The position numbers and the translations under genes were made by a program. The notes under the pieces were generated by a model, which was not told where the DNA came from, did no database searches, and saw only the letters and a program-made list of their open reading frames with translations. A stretch of 64,000 nt of DNA from Octopus vulgaris (lineage: Eukaryota). The stretch is taken from the NCBI GenBank assembly GCA_951406725.2, contig OX597814.1:17546001-17610000 (forward strand). Reading direction: 5' to 3'. Shown one piece after another: positions 43,184 to 59,977 of the stretch; position 1 is the first letter of the stretch, and each line of letters opens with the position of its first letter.

Positions 43184-43184
43184 G

Positions 43185-43265
<81 letters not shown>

Positions 43266-45159
43266 CCCTCTAGCATTTAGATTATTCAATCAATTGGAAT
43301 GATTTGTTAGTCATATTGTTTGAATTAATCGATCATCTTGTAGTTTTGAGGTTTTGTAGTGTTGGTGTGTGAGAGCAGAGATCTGATCAATTTGAATATC
43401 AAACAGGTAGAATGCTTAGGCCAGATATGGCCTGTTCAAATACTATAGTGTTAATTAGTTCGGTGCCTCAGCAATGTGTGTGTGTGCAAATTGAACAAGT
43501 AGCTCTTTATACAAACGAGATGAAATTTTTCTTAATAAAAGCGGTGAACATGGCATAAAAAGAATTCTTAACTACCTCAGTAAGCATATGGTCAGAAAAT
43601 GCAAGGGACTCTCATTTTGTTGTAGCTGTTGTTATTTTGTTGTGTTCACTGGTTTCACTAAAATCTACAGTGAAGTCAGTCGAGTTATTTGTTCGTGTAA
43701 CACCTTCAAGCAAAAGTAGAGATCTTGAAGCAAAAGTATATTAAAATCAGTTATTCAGCAGCTGAGAACAGCGCAGCATCTTTTTCGAACAGTAAGAGTC
43801 AAAATAACATTAAATCTTTAACCACTTGCAACAATTCAAAATTAAATTCTATTTAAAATATATGTACAATATATGGCAGATGTTTAGTTAATTCTTTGTA
43901 TATCGCGCAAATGCGTTAACAAACTGTTATTGAGTATTCAAAATTATGTAGGTTTAACGACAAACCCTTTCAAACTATTTTACAATCAACATATTTATAC
44001 ATTTAACAGTCGCGTTAGAAATCCGAGCACATTTTCAAAAGATACTTGGAATTTTGGACTCCATAAAGTTTGTATCTCTGAGAAGCAGCTCATTCCGCAT
44101 AAGGTTCAAAACATCTTCAGTCGCAAATAAGAACGAATTATATGTATGCATGTGTATATATTCATACAAAAGTACATACGTATGTATGTATGTATGTATG
44201 TATGTATGTATGTATGTATGTATGTATGTATGTATGTATGTATGTATGTATGTATGTATGTATGTATGTATGTATATATGTATGATGTCGAACGTAAGAA
44301 AAATTTTCGATACCTGCTGAGTAGGACTACACAGAGTATAATTTTTACTATCATTATTAAAATTATAGTCAGCAACGCAACCCGAATCTTTCTTCATATA
44401 GATATGTACTAACTCTACGAAGGGAGATGCTGAAAAATGCCTCCACTGGAGATATTTATCATTACGCCATCTTTAGTCATGAACAATATTGTACGAAAAC
44501 ACACCAAAGACTAGCTGAGAAGATATTTCCTTAAAAAACAATATGTACACTACTTGTTTGACACTTTATCCGTCGTCCCCTATCCGTCTCTCCCACAACC
44601 CACGCTATGCACACTGCTTCCATTCCAAGAACCTCAGTTCTTCGAAGTTCCCTGCTTGTTCGGCCTTTTCTTAATGTGTTGCTTCACAGAAGTTCAAATT
44701 GAACATAATAGATAAGGTAGTCTTTAGATACCTGTAATAAAGACGGAGTGGTCAAGGTTGAAATGCATTTGATCGTATGTTTGCTCGACCAGGGGGGGGG
44801 GGGAACAACCACCACCAACAACAGCAGCAGCAGCAGTACTTGTACCAACAGCAGTACCAAAGATTCAAATTTGATTTCCAATATTAACACGTTATAAGGG
44901 CACAGATGTGACGTTGGAGTTGCTTGTCTTGATTTCGGCACTAATTGAGCAGGTATACAGTCAAAGGCTGACCATTCATGACTGTCCCCTCATTTTCGTA
45001 GTAGTAAAGAGTTATGCAGGACTACATTATCAAAGGTGGATACTGATCTGATGGGTTTGTCTCTAGATCCATCGACAAAGTAGAGGTCCCTGTGTGGAAT
45101 TGTACTATTAATTCTTTTATTTAAAAAAAATAAAAACGACTTTGTTAAAATAGTAATTT

Positions 45160-45430
45160 GTGGAGGCACATGGCGTAGTGGTTAGAGCAGCGGACTCGCG
45201 TTCTCAGACCAGGCGATGTGTGTGTTTATGAGCGAGCTCCACGCGGATCCAGCAGAAGGTAAGGGCGAACTTCTGCTGACTCTTTCGCCACAACTTTCTC
45301 TCACTCTGTCCTCCTGCATCTTGCAGCTCACCTGCGACGGACTGGCGTCCAGTCCATGTGGGGAACCTATACGCCAAGGAAACCGGAAAACCGGCCCTAT
45401 GAGTTAGGCGTGGCTCGAGAAGGAACAAAC
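45160..45430 (+). mobile_element. SINE family E with deletions
   Basis: Homologous to 36790-37097. Confidence 0.85.
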
Positions 45431-45959
45431 GACAATATCAACAACAAAATAGGAATTAAGAAGGTAAACGTTGATAACTAAGTGCTGCAAACTATTTTGT
45501 CGGTCACTCTAATGTTCCCATTATGCCAGTTCAATTTAAAAGTTTATTTCTAATTTAGGCACAAGGCTAGCCATTTTGAAGGGATGCCAACAATTCTATT
45601 TGACTGGTACTTTAATTTATGGATTCTAAAACGTTGGAAGGCAAAGTCAATCTCAGCCGGATTGAAGACATGATGTAAACAACTGGAATAGACATTACAA
45701 AGTACTTTTCCGCTGCTCTAATGAGTCTTCCAGCTAACTGCTTTTTCTTTTAATTAATAATAATGATGTCAAACGTAAAAGCTAAGCTACAACCCTCCAA
45801 TCAAGTCCATATCAATTAATTCGACCTGTTTTAGACTGGTATTTTCGTCACGAATAAATTAAGCTCCTGCATTAGTTAAGTCAAACAAATACTTAATGGC
45901 CATTTGCTACTGCACCTTGGACGGCGCTGCTAGAACTACAGCTGCTGTCTTCTTCTTCT

Positions 45960-46467
45960 CCTTCTTCCAATCAGGACTCACGCCATTAGCCACAAAGAAT
46001 ACTCTCTAATTCGAGCCTACTCTAAGCTACTAAGAATGCGTGTGGCAACTTGAAGATCCACCCACCACATGCGATATACTGGCGGTTGCACGGGCGCGAA
46101 AGCTACGTTGTTATCCTCATTCCGTAAACGGTGGCTTTTAACGGGTGGAGAGCTGAACCATCCTGGGGTACAGAGGATTCGCAATCTAGACTAGGGTCTG
46201 ACAGTTTACCACACCATAGTGGGTTACACGATGGTTCCTCTGCTCTGTGACAGAAGTAGGAAGAAAGAGTAGGAGAAGGTTGTTGGGAAAGAGTACAGCG
46301 GGGTTGGAAAGAGTACAGCGGGGTTCACCCCCACCCCACCGCTCGAGCCACGTGGAACTTAGGTGTTTTTGCTCAATAAACACTCACAATGCCCGCTCTG
46401 GGAATTGAAACCGCGTTCTTACGACCGCGAGTCCGCTGCCCTAACCACTAGGTCATTGCGCCTCTAC
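45960..46467 (-). mobile_element. SINE with family C head and a different 3' body
   Basis: C head at 46250-46467, followed by a GC-richer body of about 280 bp that ends near (GAA)n; the 3' boundary is inferred. Confidence 0.6.
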
Positions 46468-46479
46468 TTGCAGCTGCTG

Positions 46480-46830
46480 TTGCTTCTACTATCGCCACTG
46501 CGGCTTCTACTACTATATCCTAGGCCGCTTTAAGACAAAAGCTACCCGGCTGATTGGCATATCAGTCACAGACACTCATCAGCCTCCGGAGCATACTCAT
46601 ACTGTCTTCTCTCTCTCTGTCTTTGCTACAGAGAGAGGAGACAGTATGCTATGTTTGCTAAGTTCTCCCTCCTTCAGAGCTGGCTGGGCTTGTGCCACTT
46701 CAATTCAAGCACTCCTGATTTATTCGTCTTCTTTGCTCTCATTTCCTGTGTTATGATGAACCACCAACTCAGACCTTGCATTAACCATTTGCCAGAATCA
46801 GTCCTTCCTCGACAGAACTTTCGGTTCCCT
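46480..46830 (+). mobile_element. Highly decayed CR1/Jockey-group LINE ORF2 end
   Basis: Fragments KATRLIGISVTDTHQPPEH and SELAGLVP resemble the RT C-terminal region. Confidence 0.35.
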
Positions 46831-47444
46831 TAGAATTTGCTCCTCGCTCATATCTTTTTTTGCAGATGTGTAGACTTGCAATACTTTAGCACAAAGTTTA
46901 AGTCATCAATCTCTCCGGTTTGGGAGTGACATTGCAGGATATGGCACTGCCTTATTTCTCCAGACTCAAGAACTAATTCATACACGTATGTATGTATGTA
47001 TATATGTCCACACACACAAATATATATATACACAGAGGGACAGAGAGAAGGAGAGAGAGACAAAGAGAAGGAGAGAGAACAAATGAAAGGGGATTCGGGA
47101 ATCCAAGAGGTTATCTCAGTACCTCTGTGAATTGCAGCTAACAGAACGTAGAGAAAGGAACAATAAGTTCTGTAGAGATATTCACTTCAGACAAACTGGA
47201 AATTCAGGAAGCTTCTTTCAGTTGTGGAGGATGAAATAACAAAAGAAGAATGGAGCAATAGTAATCATATTTATTCCACACTAACAACTGTTTCAGTAAT
47301 ATATCAGTAATAAATCATTTATGAAACATCGAGTATATGATATTGATTACATAATGAAAGATTCACACACACACACACACGCACATATATATTTATGTAT
47401 ATATTTATGTGTGTATATATATGTGTGTATAGGTATAAATATAT

Positions 47445-47501
<57 letters not shown>

Positions 47502-47844
47502 TAAATATATATATACATTTATATATATATATATATATATATTAATTTAATAATAATTAATTTAACCAAGAGTATATATATATATACATAACTCTATATA
47601 TATATATATATATATATATACATAATATATGTATATATATATATACACACACACATATATCTATATATATATATGCATATATGGGTAGAGTATGTCAAGT
47701 TTCTCTCTCTATATATATGTATGTGTGTGTGCGTGTATACATATATATATATGTATATGTGTATATATGTATATATATATGTAAATGTGTGTGTGTATAT
47801 GTGTATATATGTATATGTGTATATATATTATATATATGTGTGTG

Positions 47845-47875
<31 letters not shown>

Positions 47876-48141
47876 GTTAAAGTAGTGAGGAAAGCCAAAC
47901 AATTAGGCAATGCAGGACAAGGACATTTAATTTCATTTAATTCAATCTAAAATTTAGCTACAAAACAAATGGTAAAAATAGCACAAACTGGTAAACTTAT
48001 ATATACATACATACATACATACATACATACACACACGCACAAACACACACACACACACACAGATATATATATACATATATATATACATGGTTCTTTCAGT
48101 ATATAAATAATGTATTCTCGATGTTATATATATATATATAT

Positions 48142-48208
<67 letters not shown>

Positions 48209-48287
48209 CTTTTGTGTTAGATTCATACTTATTTAAGCCAATGAATGGCGTCTTCACTACTTAGCTAAAAATAGTAGCGGAATTCAA

Positions 48288-48334
<47 letters not shown>

Positions 48335-49099
48335 CGATTGGATGTTTACAACTACAGCGCCTTTGCTCGACAAAAGCTGACAGGGTTTAAAAACAGGACA
48401 AAAAAAAAATCAACTCCTAACAGTTATGGTACCGTCCTAGGAGTAATTAAGAAACGGGTCAGCTGCGGAGAAATTTAAATCCAAAAACGTAAACAACACC
48501 TAATTACATCAAATATATTTTCCAGTGATCCACCAATCGTTTGTCCTCCAGAATTATTGTTTCTAATTTAGGCGCAATCCGAGAAATTTTGAGTGAAGTA
48601 GATATGATATTACATCTTCCCCAAAACTGATTTTATTTCGTTGGCTTTGGAGAGCGGTGAAAAGCTATGTTGATCTCGGCAGAATTTGAACTCAAAACGG
48701 AAGGTGCCGGAATCAATACTTCAAGGCAATTTTGTTCGACGCTCCGAAGATTCTGCCAATTCTAATCAGGGTTTCATACTTTGGTCCAATGCCAGCAATA
48801 TTAGGGTGAGGGAGTTACTTGATTACATCGGCCCCAGCACTTGACTAGTACTTGTTTCATCGATGCCAAATGGATGAAAGGCAAATTTGCCCTCGGCGGT
48901 CTCAAAGAATCGGAAGAAATACTCAGTATCAATAATTTCAAACTGCAAAAATACAAAAATACTAACAAGATGAAATGAGATACCAGGAGATTAAGCACAA
49001 CAATCTGCAGGCGGTTGTTGAACCTTACAGTTACAAGATTATCCTGACTACCTTAGACTGATGTTCTCTATTTCAGCTATCTATCTATCTATCTATCTA

Positions 49100-49150
<51 letters not shown>

Positions 49151-49165
49151 ATCTATCTATCTATC

Positions 49166-49280
49166 TGGCCGGGACTTATGGATAATCACCAGAGATCCCT
49201 GGCCTGGCAGTGCTGTCGAGAAGCATTACCCGTCAGGGATAAGCTCTACAGGCACGGTTCGACACAACACCGGACCGACA
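49166..49280 (+). mobile_element. Tx1/L1-like LINE fragment (zf-RVT start) directly after (TATC)n
   Basis: PGLMDNHQRSLAWQCCREALPVRDKLYRHGS; homologous to 56455-56565. Confidence 0.85.
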
Positions 49281-49659
49281 TACTGAGGGTAGGCCTATTC
49301 ACACAGACCTCCCCTACCCTGTAGTAAACACATTGAAGAGTAAAAACCTTCTCAATTTTCACTATTCTCTCAAAGTGGTAGTGAAGAACTTAAAGTGTGT
49401 TTAGTCGAGTGTCAATTATCAGTACATTTAACCTTGTCTATCATTGCGACCTCCAAAAAGATACCTGCCCCTACATGGCCAAAGGGTGGCTTTACAACAA
49501 ATAGAGATGAGGTGATCCTCCTAAAGGATTTAATGCACATGACATCAGTTGTTTGACATCATTTCATAAAACAGCAATCCTCAGACACTAAATGAAGGTA
49601 TGCAGAATGGTTCGTCGTCCTGCGCACACATTGAACAATCTTGGCTAACAGTATTATCA

Positions 49660-50020
49660 TAGCCTTTAGTCGAGCAAATCGACCCCAGGACTTATTCTTT
49701 GAAAGCCTAGTACTTATTCTATCGGTCTCTTTTGCCGAACCGCTAAGTTACGGGGACGTAAACACACCAGCATCGGTTGTCAACCGATGTTGGGGGGGAC
49801 AAACACAGATACACAAACATATACACACACACATACAAATATATACACATATATACGACGGGCTTCTTTCAGTTTCCGTCTACCAAATCCACTCACAAGG
49901 CTTTGGTCGGCCCGAGGCTATAGTAGAAGACACTTGCCCAATGTGCCACGCAGTGGGACTGAACCCGGAACCATGTGGTTGGTAAGCAAGCTACTTAACA
50001 CACAGCCACTCCTGCGCCTA
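49660..50020 (-). mobile_element. SINE family B lacking tail
   Basis: Family sequence. Confidence 0.9.
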
Positions 50021-50349
50021 TGAATTCACTTTACTTAATTGATTTCTTTACTAAGACCCGTGCTTCATTTATAGTCCTTGGCGTTGTTGAAAGTAGGTGA
50101 CCTAGTGGCCTGGTGTTGCACTCACAATCGTAAGATCGTATTTTCGATTTCTGGCCTAGGCAGTGCATTCTGTTCTTGAGTAAAAACATTTTGTTTAGTA
50201 ATGCTCCAGTTACTCGACAGTAAGCGAGTGACCCTGAGACGGACAGGTGTCCCGTTCATAGGAATTTTGTGATTTTGGTCAGTTAAACGATCGGGAAACC
50301 GGGTAACTTAACCCAGGTGTGATAAGATTTGAGAACTTAATGCCCAAAA

Positions 50350-51120
<771 letters not shown>

Positions 51121-51533
51121 ATTGTCGTTGTTTTAGCCACAGGTCGTCCTTCGTGAAGATGACATATAATCGAAGATTATCGTAACGTTACCATCACGAT
51201 ATATTTTCTAAAAAAAAAAAAAAAAATTCACCAACCAAGAATTTATATTACTCAACGTGGCCATAGGGCTTTTCAAAACAAAAAACAAAAAAAAACAAAA
51301 AAAACAGAAAAGAAAATTGACGGAGATTTGGTTGCTATTTCTAACACGACGAACGACCACATAAAGGATTCATCCTTGGCTCCATATCATGTAAAGTGTT
51401 TTAACAAAGGTTTAACTGTGGCTATCTTTACACTTTCTGCGTGTGTGCAGAAAGTGCGTGAGTGCCAATTGCGTAAGACCGAAAGAGATTCTTCTGTCGA
51501 ATTTCTGCATATCCCACTCACTGTGTGTGGTGT

Positions 51534-51676
<143 letters not shown>

Positions 51677-51953
51677 AGAAAGAGTGTGTGTGTGTGTCTG
51701 TGTGTGTGTGTATGTGTGTTTCACGTTGCTGACGTGTAAACATTAATGCATTGTTGATTTCATTTTGCGCACACGCGCACACGGACACAGATAAAAAAAA
51801 AGAACAAAAGGCGGACACACACACACACACACACGAACGTATATTATGCGTGTGTGTAGGTATGTCGATGTGTTTTTATATATGCATATATATATATATA
51901 GTTAATCCAAACATGAAAACACAACGACGCGAGGACGTGGAAAAAGTATGGTG

Positions 51954-52025
<72 letters not shown>

Positions 52026-52173
52026 ATTTAAAAAGCGTGTGTGTATGCATATGTATATGCCGAAATCTGCGATGAGGGATCAGTTTCTGACTGAAGAATG
52101 AAGGCTTGAATGACCTGTTTGTCTTTTTGTTCGTCTCTTCGTGTATTTCACGTTATTTATTTATATAAAGGTC

Positions 52174-52256
<83 letters not shown>

Positions 52257-53082
52257 TACATGCATATAAATATGAGTACATATACATACGTACGTACATA
52301 CATACATACATACATACATACATACATACATACATACATACATACATACATACATACATACATACATGGAAATACTATATAATTTTATATTTCATTAATT
52401 TAGGCAAACATTTATCGAGAAGGTGTATATAACTGTTTTAACCGCTGATCCCAAATTGTATTTAGGGAGTGTTTTGGGAGAAAGAATAGGGTTCATTCCA
52501 TCGGAATGTGCCACAATAGACTAGACAGATCAGTGATGACTTGGATGTGGTAATAACAGATTTATGTGTTTTCTGAAGATGTGTTTGTATGAGTCAGTTT
52601 GCGTGTGTATCCGTATACCCGTGTGTGTGTGTGAGAGAGAAAGAGAGAGAGAGAGAGTGTGTGTGTGTATATGTGTAGGAGAGATAGTATGTAAGTGCAC
52701 GTCTGTTAGCCTCTATGTGTGTGTTTCTCAGTGATGTGTGTGTGTGTGTGTGTGTTTGAGCGTTTGTGCATGTCTGTTAGAGTCGACGTGTGTTTATATC
52801 AGTGATGTACGATTTTGTGTGAATGAGTCTGTTTTTGTGTACATGTATGGCTAAACAGCAATATGTGTGTGCGTGTGTGTGTGTGTGTAGAGAGAGAGAG
52901 AGAAGGAGAGAAGGAGAGAGGGTAAGAGAGAGAGTGAGAGCAATCTATATCTATTCTACATCTATATATGTAGATATATTTATATCTATCTTTCTATGTA
53001 TGTGTATGTAACATTACTGTTCTCTTTATTTCCCCTCTCTCTCTATGTGTAAGTGTGTGTATGTATAAATATATATTTATAC

Positions 53083-53187
<105 letters not shown>

Positions 53188-53340
53188 TGTATATATATAT
53201 GAATAAAGGTATGTGTCTGTATATATGTATAAACACCCTCAGTGCCTTGGAATCTATTTATATGTATGTGTATAACGACGCAAAATATATAGAGGGAAAC
53301 GGTACATATATATATATGTTTGTGTGTGTGTGTGTGTGTA

Positions 53341-53371
<31 letters not shown>

Positions 53372-53544
53372 TACACACACATATATATATAATGCACATA
53401 CACGCATATAAATATATATGTATTACATACATATATACATGCAAATACATAAACTTTATGTATATATACATATATATACATATATATATATATAATATAT
53501 ATATACATGGACATATATATATATATGGACGACACACACACACG

Positions 53545-53653
<109 letters not shown>

Positions 53654-53716
53654 CATATATACATATATATATACTGTTGTGTTTGGGGAGAGTCATTTTC
53701 TTTTGTGCCTTAAACG

Positions 53717-53756
<40 letters not shown>

Positions 53757-53797
53757 ATATGTTTGTACATATGTATAGAGACAGACAGACAGACAGA

Positions 53798-53871
<74 letters not shown>

Positions 53872-53971
53872 GAATGCATACATACATACACACTAATGTA
53901 TGAACATAATACACATGTATACATTCTATATAAGTGTATGAACATAATACACATGTATACATTCTATATAA

Positions 53972-54026
<55 letters not shown>

Positions 54027-54611
54027 GTATATAAACTATACTCACTCATATATGCAAAATGCACACACACACACGTTATGCGCGTGTGCTTATATAGAGA
54101 GTGTATGTGTGCGTATGTAACTTTTAAACTGTTCAGCTACTTCGTGAACTAATATAGCCTATAAGCTTTCTGCAGAAGATGTTGTTGGCGGTGTCGGTAT
54201 TAGTGCTGCTGCTGCTGCTACGGATGCTGCTGATTTTGCCGTTGTTGCTGTTACTACTAATGATATATGGCTCCATCTGTTGCTGCGCTGCTGCTGCCGT
54301 ACCTTTAAGAGTTACTACATCCAACGTTGTCTTTCACTTTAAAGCCTTGTTCGTAAGTATGTTCTCTAGTAACGATGTATATATATATATAATGCCAACG
54401 CTTTGCGTAGAAACGCTTTACGTAGAAATTGTAAGATATATATATAATAAATGTTATTATCGTTTTTTTTTTTTAATATTTTATATTTCTACTTGTTTCG
54501 GTTATTGGGATTGTGGCCATGCTGGGGTGCCGCCATGAAGAGATTTTTTTGTTGGTTTTTTTTTTTTGTTGTTGTTGTTGGAGCATTTTTGACTCCACTC
54601 TCTCTCTCTTT

Positions 54612-54828
54612 TGACTCTCTTTACTCTTTTACTTGTTTCAGTCATTTGACTGCGGCCATGCTGGAGCACCGCCTTTAGTCGAGCAACTCGACCCCGGGAC
54701 TTATTCTTTTTGTAAGCCCAGTACTTATTCTATCGGTCTCTTTTTGCCGAACCGCTAAGTGACGGGGACGTAAACACACCACCATCGGTTGTCAAGCAAT
54801 GCTAGGGGGAACAAACACAGACACACAA

Positions 54829-54863
<35 letters not shown>

Positions 54864-55036
54864 CATATATACGACAGGCTTTTTTCAGTTTCCGTCTACC
54901 AAATCCACTCACAAGGCATTGGTCGGCCCGAGGCTATAGTAGAAGACACTTGCCCAAGATGCCACGCAGTGGGACTGAACCCGGAACCATGTGGTTGGTT
55001 AGCAAGCTACTTACCACACAGCCACTCCTGCGCCTA
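54612..55036 (-). mobile_element. SINE family B, full length
   Basis: Family sequence. Confidence 0.92.
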
Positions 55037-55211
55037 TATAATTTTCAATCTGGTTTTTATTCTGCTGATTTCTTAGGTCGAATCACTTGGTTACGGGGAC
55101 GTAAACAAACTGACACTAGTTGCCAAGTGGTGTGGGTCACACGCACGCACACACACACACACACACATACACACACACACACACACACACATACACACAC
55201 ACACACACACG

Positions 55212-55247
<36 letters not shown>

Positions 55248-55298
55248 TACATATGTATATAGACAGATAAATATAATGATAGATAGACAGACAGACAG

Positions 55299-55330
<32 letters not shown>

Positions 55331-55339
55331 GTAGGTAGG

Positions 55340-55393
<54 letters not shown>

Positions 55394-55535
55394 TAAGTAG
55401 GTAGGTAGGTAGGTAGGTAGGTAGGTAGGTAGGTAGGAGGTAGGTAAGTAGGTAGGTATGGGGTAAATAGGTAGACAAAGAGACGGATAGATAGATAGAT
55501 AATTAGGTAGGTAGGTAGGTAGGTAGGTAGGTAAG

Positions 55536-55588
<53 letters not shown>

Positions 55589-55680
55589 TAGATAGATAGA
55601 TAGGTAGGTAGGTAGGTATGTAGGTAGGTAGGTAGGTAGGTAGGTAGGTAGATAGGTAGGTAGGTAGGAGGTAGGTAGGT

Positions 55681-55749
<69 letters not shown>

Positions 55750-55762
55750 CGATAGATAGATA

Positions 55763-56565
55763 ATTAGCTACACAGGGCCGAACACAGAGGGGACAAAATA
55801 CAATGTAGAGCTTTTGTTTTCGAAAATTGAAAAAAAAAAGGAAAAAAAAAAATTCCGATCAAAAGGTATCGTGAAAAAAAGAGAGAGAAAAAAAAAGAAA
55901 CGATCAAATCAAAAGGGATCGTGTATCACAGAAGAAATTTTTTAAATGTGAGAAGCAAGATTAGGTTTATCCGTGGAAAGAAAAGCCTACGGAAAAGCCC
56001 ACTGTTACCTCAGGCAGGGAGGGAATAAACACATGAGAGCAAAATGTTCTCTCTCTCTCTCTCTTTTCGATTTACAGGATCATGCTGAAAGTGGTTTCAG
56101 CATTCGGACGTACCGTCTTTGCTACACTCACCCACCTTTTATTGAAACTTTCACGAGACAAAAGTTGCCTCTCTATTCTCACCTTCCTTTTCAAGTGGTA
56201 CTTGAAAAAGTTGATGAGCGATTGGCCAGAAACGTAAGAGTTTGTCTCTAAGCCTTTCGTTCAAGTCCACCACGCACATTCTTTCACCGTAGTTATGAAG
56301 ACGGAGCAATTTTCACGATAGACTCGGCCGACAAGAGAATTCGTCCCACAGGTGACAGCAGCCGTTCGGTATAAGCCCACAGGTCCGAAATGGTTGGACA
56401 CTGCACGAGCGCGTGTAGAACGGTTTCGTCGCTCTGACCGCATCTCGGGCAAGTCGGTCCGGTGTGTCTCGAACCGTGCCTATAGAGCTTATCCCGAACG
56501 GGTAATGCTTCTCGATAGCACTGCCAGGCCCGGGATCTCTGGTGATTGCCCATAGGTCCCGGCCC
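55763..56565 (-). mobile_element. Tx1/L1-clade LINE, 5'-truncated (zf-RVT, C-terminus and 3' UTR), inside (GATA)n
   Basis: AWQCYREALPVRDKLYRHG..CPRCGQSDETVLHALVQC..LW..KECAWWT(*)..FFKYHLKRKVRIER..FNKRW; GATA repeats on both flanks. Confidence 0.9.
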
Positions 56566-56933
56566 GATAGATAGATAGATAGATAGACAGACACATACGG
56601 TTGGTTTTCTAGAGTTTCTAGATTCATTTACAAGGCGTTGGTCTGTCTGGGACACTAGTAGAAAAAACTTGCCCGTGTTTCTACGCGTTGGGACTGAAGC
56701 TTAAACATCGTGGTTGCAAAGTGAGCTTCTTAACCACATTTACATGCCTTTTGATAAGACGATTGACACCTCTCGACTGCAATTTCTGTTCATCAAAGTG
56801 TTGAAATGAAAATTCTTCGAGAACGAGATCATCCAATGACCTAGTTGTCGGTTTTAGCGCAGGTGCGATTCACTATTCCTGATTAAAAAAAAAAAAAGTC
56901 GTCCTGAAGTTGTACTAAACTATATTTTCCATA

Positions 56934-57074
56934 TAAGGTTGTCCCAAAAGTTCGTAGAAAGTCTTGGAAAATAATGGTCTTTATTTTGAGGAATAATTTT
57001 TGTTGCTTTTGTTAGTACTTGGCAAGTAAAAATTCAATTTTCGCAAGTGTTTACGAACTTTTGGCACAACCTAA
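56934..57074. mobile_element. Small mariner-type MITE
   Basis: AGGTTGTCCCAAAAGTTCGTA ... TACGAACTTTTGGCACAACCT imperfect TIRs, similar to the TIR at 23861. Confidence 0.7.
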
Positions 57075-57469
57075 TTTTTAATCTGGATATTTCTAGCGAA
57101 TTCATGGAATCGGACCTCGTGTGGGATAAAATGAAGGGTCGAACCAGCGTGGTATTTGATCTTGGAATATGAAGAACTTTAATAACATATTGCACGATTT
57201 GAGAGATAACACTCTCATATCGACCCCCAAGTCGCTGTCCCACTAATTCACAGTTGATGAGTACGTATGAGTAAGAATATGTATATGTACATACACACCT
57301 TTAATATGCATACCTATGTTTGCATGCATATACGTAAAAGCTCTTACAAAGTTGAGTGTGTTTATATATACGTGCCAACGCACAAAACTCTTGAGTCATG
57401 CATTAAAAAAAAGCATATCTAGACTCAAATTTTGACATCTATATTCCTCTCTGTATATACATATACATC

Positions 57470-57717
57470 TGGAGGCTCGTGGCTTAGTCCTTAGCATGTC
57501 AGCACCATAATCGTAAGATTGTGGTTTCGATTCCTGAACTGGGCGACGTGTTGAGTCCTTGAGCAAAACACTTCATTTCACGTTGCTCCCCTCCACTCAG
57601 CTGGCAAAAATGAGTAACGCTGCGATGGACTGGCATCCCGTTCAGCTGGGGAACACATACGTCATAGAAACCGGGAAACCGGCCCCATGGGTCTGGCTAG
57701 GCTTTAAAAGGGCGCGT
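57470..57717 (+). mobile_element. SINE family D
   Basis: Homologous to 34387-34636. Confidence 0.85.
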
Positions 57718-57803
57718 TTGTTTTTTTTATATACATATATATATATTTTTTTTAAGCGGTGCTCTAGCATGGCCGCAATCACACACTCACAGATACACAC
57801 ACA

Positions 57804-58055
<252 letters not shown>

Positions 58056-58221
58056 TATATATATATAGAATATATATAGAGAGGGAGAGAGAGTTTTGGT
58101 TCTCTGGAGCAGCTTCCTGGTTACATATATCCGTTTTATAAAGGAACTTTTACCCGATCTTTTTCGTTGCTTTCATAGCTATTGTCTCGCGTTCAAGATT
58201 TCCTTGAATATATATATTTCT

Positions 58222-58370
<149 letters not shown>

Positions 58371-58686
58371 TCATGTACTTGGATGGAAGGTATACTCAAG
58401 CATGCCTGGATATATTTCATATGAATATACATATGAATGTGTGCAAGTCCTGATTTAAACATGTTATATATTAACAAAATAACAAAATTATACAAATTAT
58501 AGTTCCCGACTTATGGAAACAGGCCAACAATTTTCAGAAGAGGGAAAACCGATACCATCGATACTAGTGATTCACTGGTACTATATTATATACACAAATA
58601 TATGTGTATACGTTTATATATTTGCTGTGCAAGATTTTTTTATGTGAAATCGTGTGTTGAAACAGATATACCGGGCCATTGCACCT

Positions 58687-58770
<84 letters not shown>

Positions 58771-58914
58771 ATATATATATTTATATATAACATATGTGTG
58801 TATATGTGTGTGTATGTATGTATATATATATATATATATATATATTTTGTTTTGTTTGTTTTTGTTTTTCCAGTTTCAGCTCTTGAGCTGTGGCCATGCT
58901 GGGGCACCGCCATT

Positions 58915-59398
<484 letters not shown>

Positions 59399-59977
59399 AT
59401 ATGTATGTGTGTGTGTATATGTATGTATATGTATGTATGTATATATATATATATATATATGCGTGTGTATGTGTGTGTGTGTGTGTACATACAAAATTTC
59501 AAGAGTTGTTCACAATGTGTTTACTATAAAATTAGAAAGTTTAAAAAGTAGTAGAGCTAAATGAAAAACTATAAAGTTTGTTAAGAAACAAGGTTTTTCT
59601 CTCTCTCTCTATCTTTCTCTCCCTCTATCTTTCCCTCTCTCTCCCTCTCTCTCTCTCTCTCCTCTCCCCCTCTCTCTCTCCTCTACGTGTGGTATGTTGT
59701 TAACATAGCTGCAATGTCAGAAATTTTAGGAGAGGATTTGACAATCACAATAAGTACAATAAATATAGTAATTATAGACGCTATTGGTTGACTTCAGGTC
59801 AGCAATGACACAAAAATTATGATAAAAGCTAATCCAACCACGAACCGCTCGTCATTCTTCTTCAAATCTCATCTTACACTGTAGTTGTTTTTGTTCTGCT
59901 TATTACTAAATTCCGGCAGCCCTCAATCAGGTTTCGGGCAAATCTGAAAAGAGCCTTGACTAGATAGCTATATATGT

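Noticed and set aside
47170-47250. ISSSTTERSF, hAT dimerisation-like motif on the minus strand
   Set aside because: Too short and unsupported by flanking motifs or TIRs.
56210-56245. TTGATGAG...GAAACGTA hammerhead-like string
   Set aside because: Lies on the antisense of the Tx1 ORF2 coding end, lacks C3 and has no proper helix II; coincidental.
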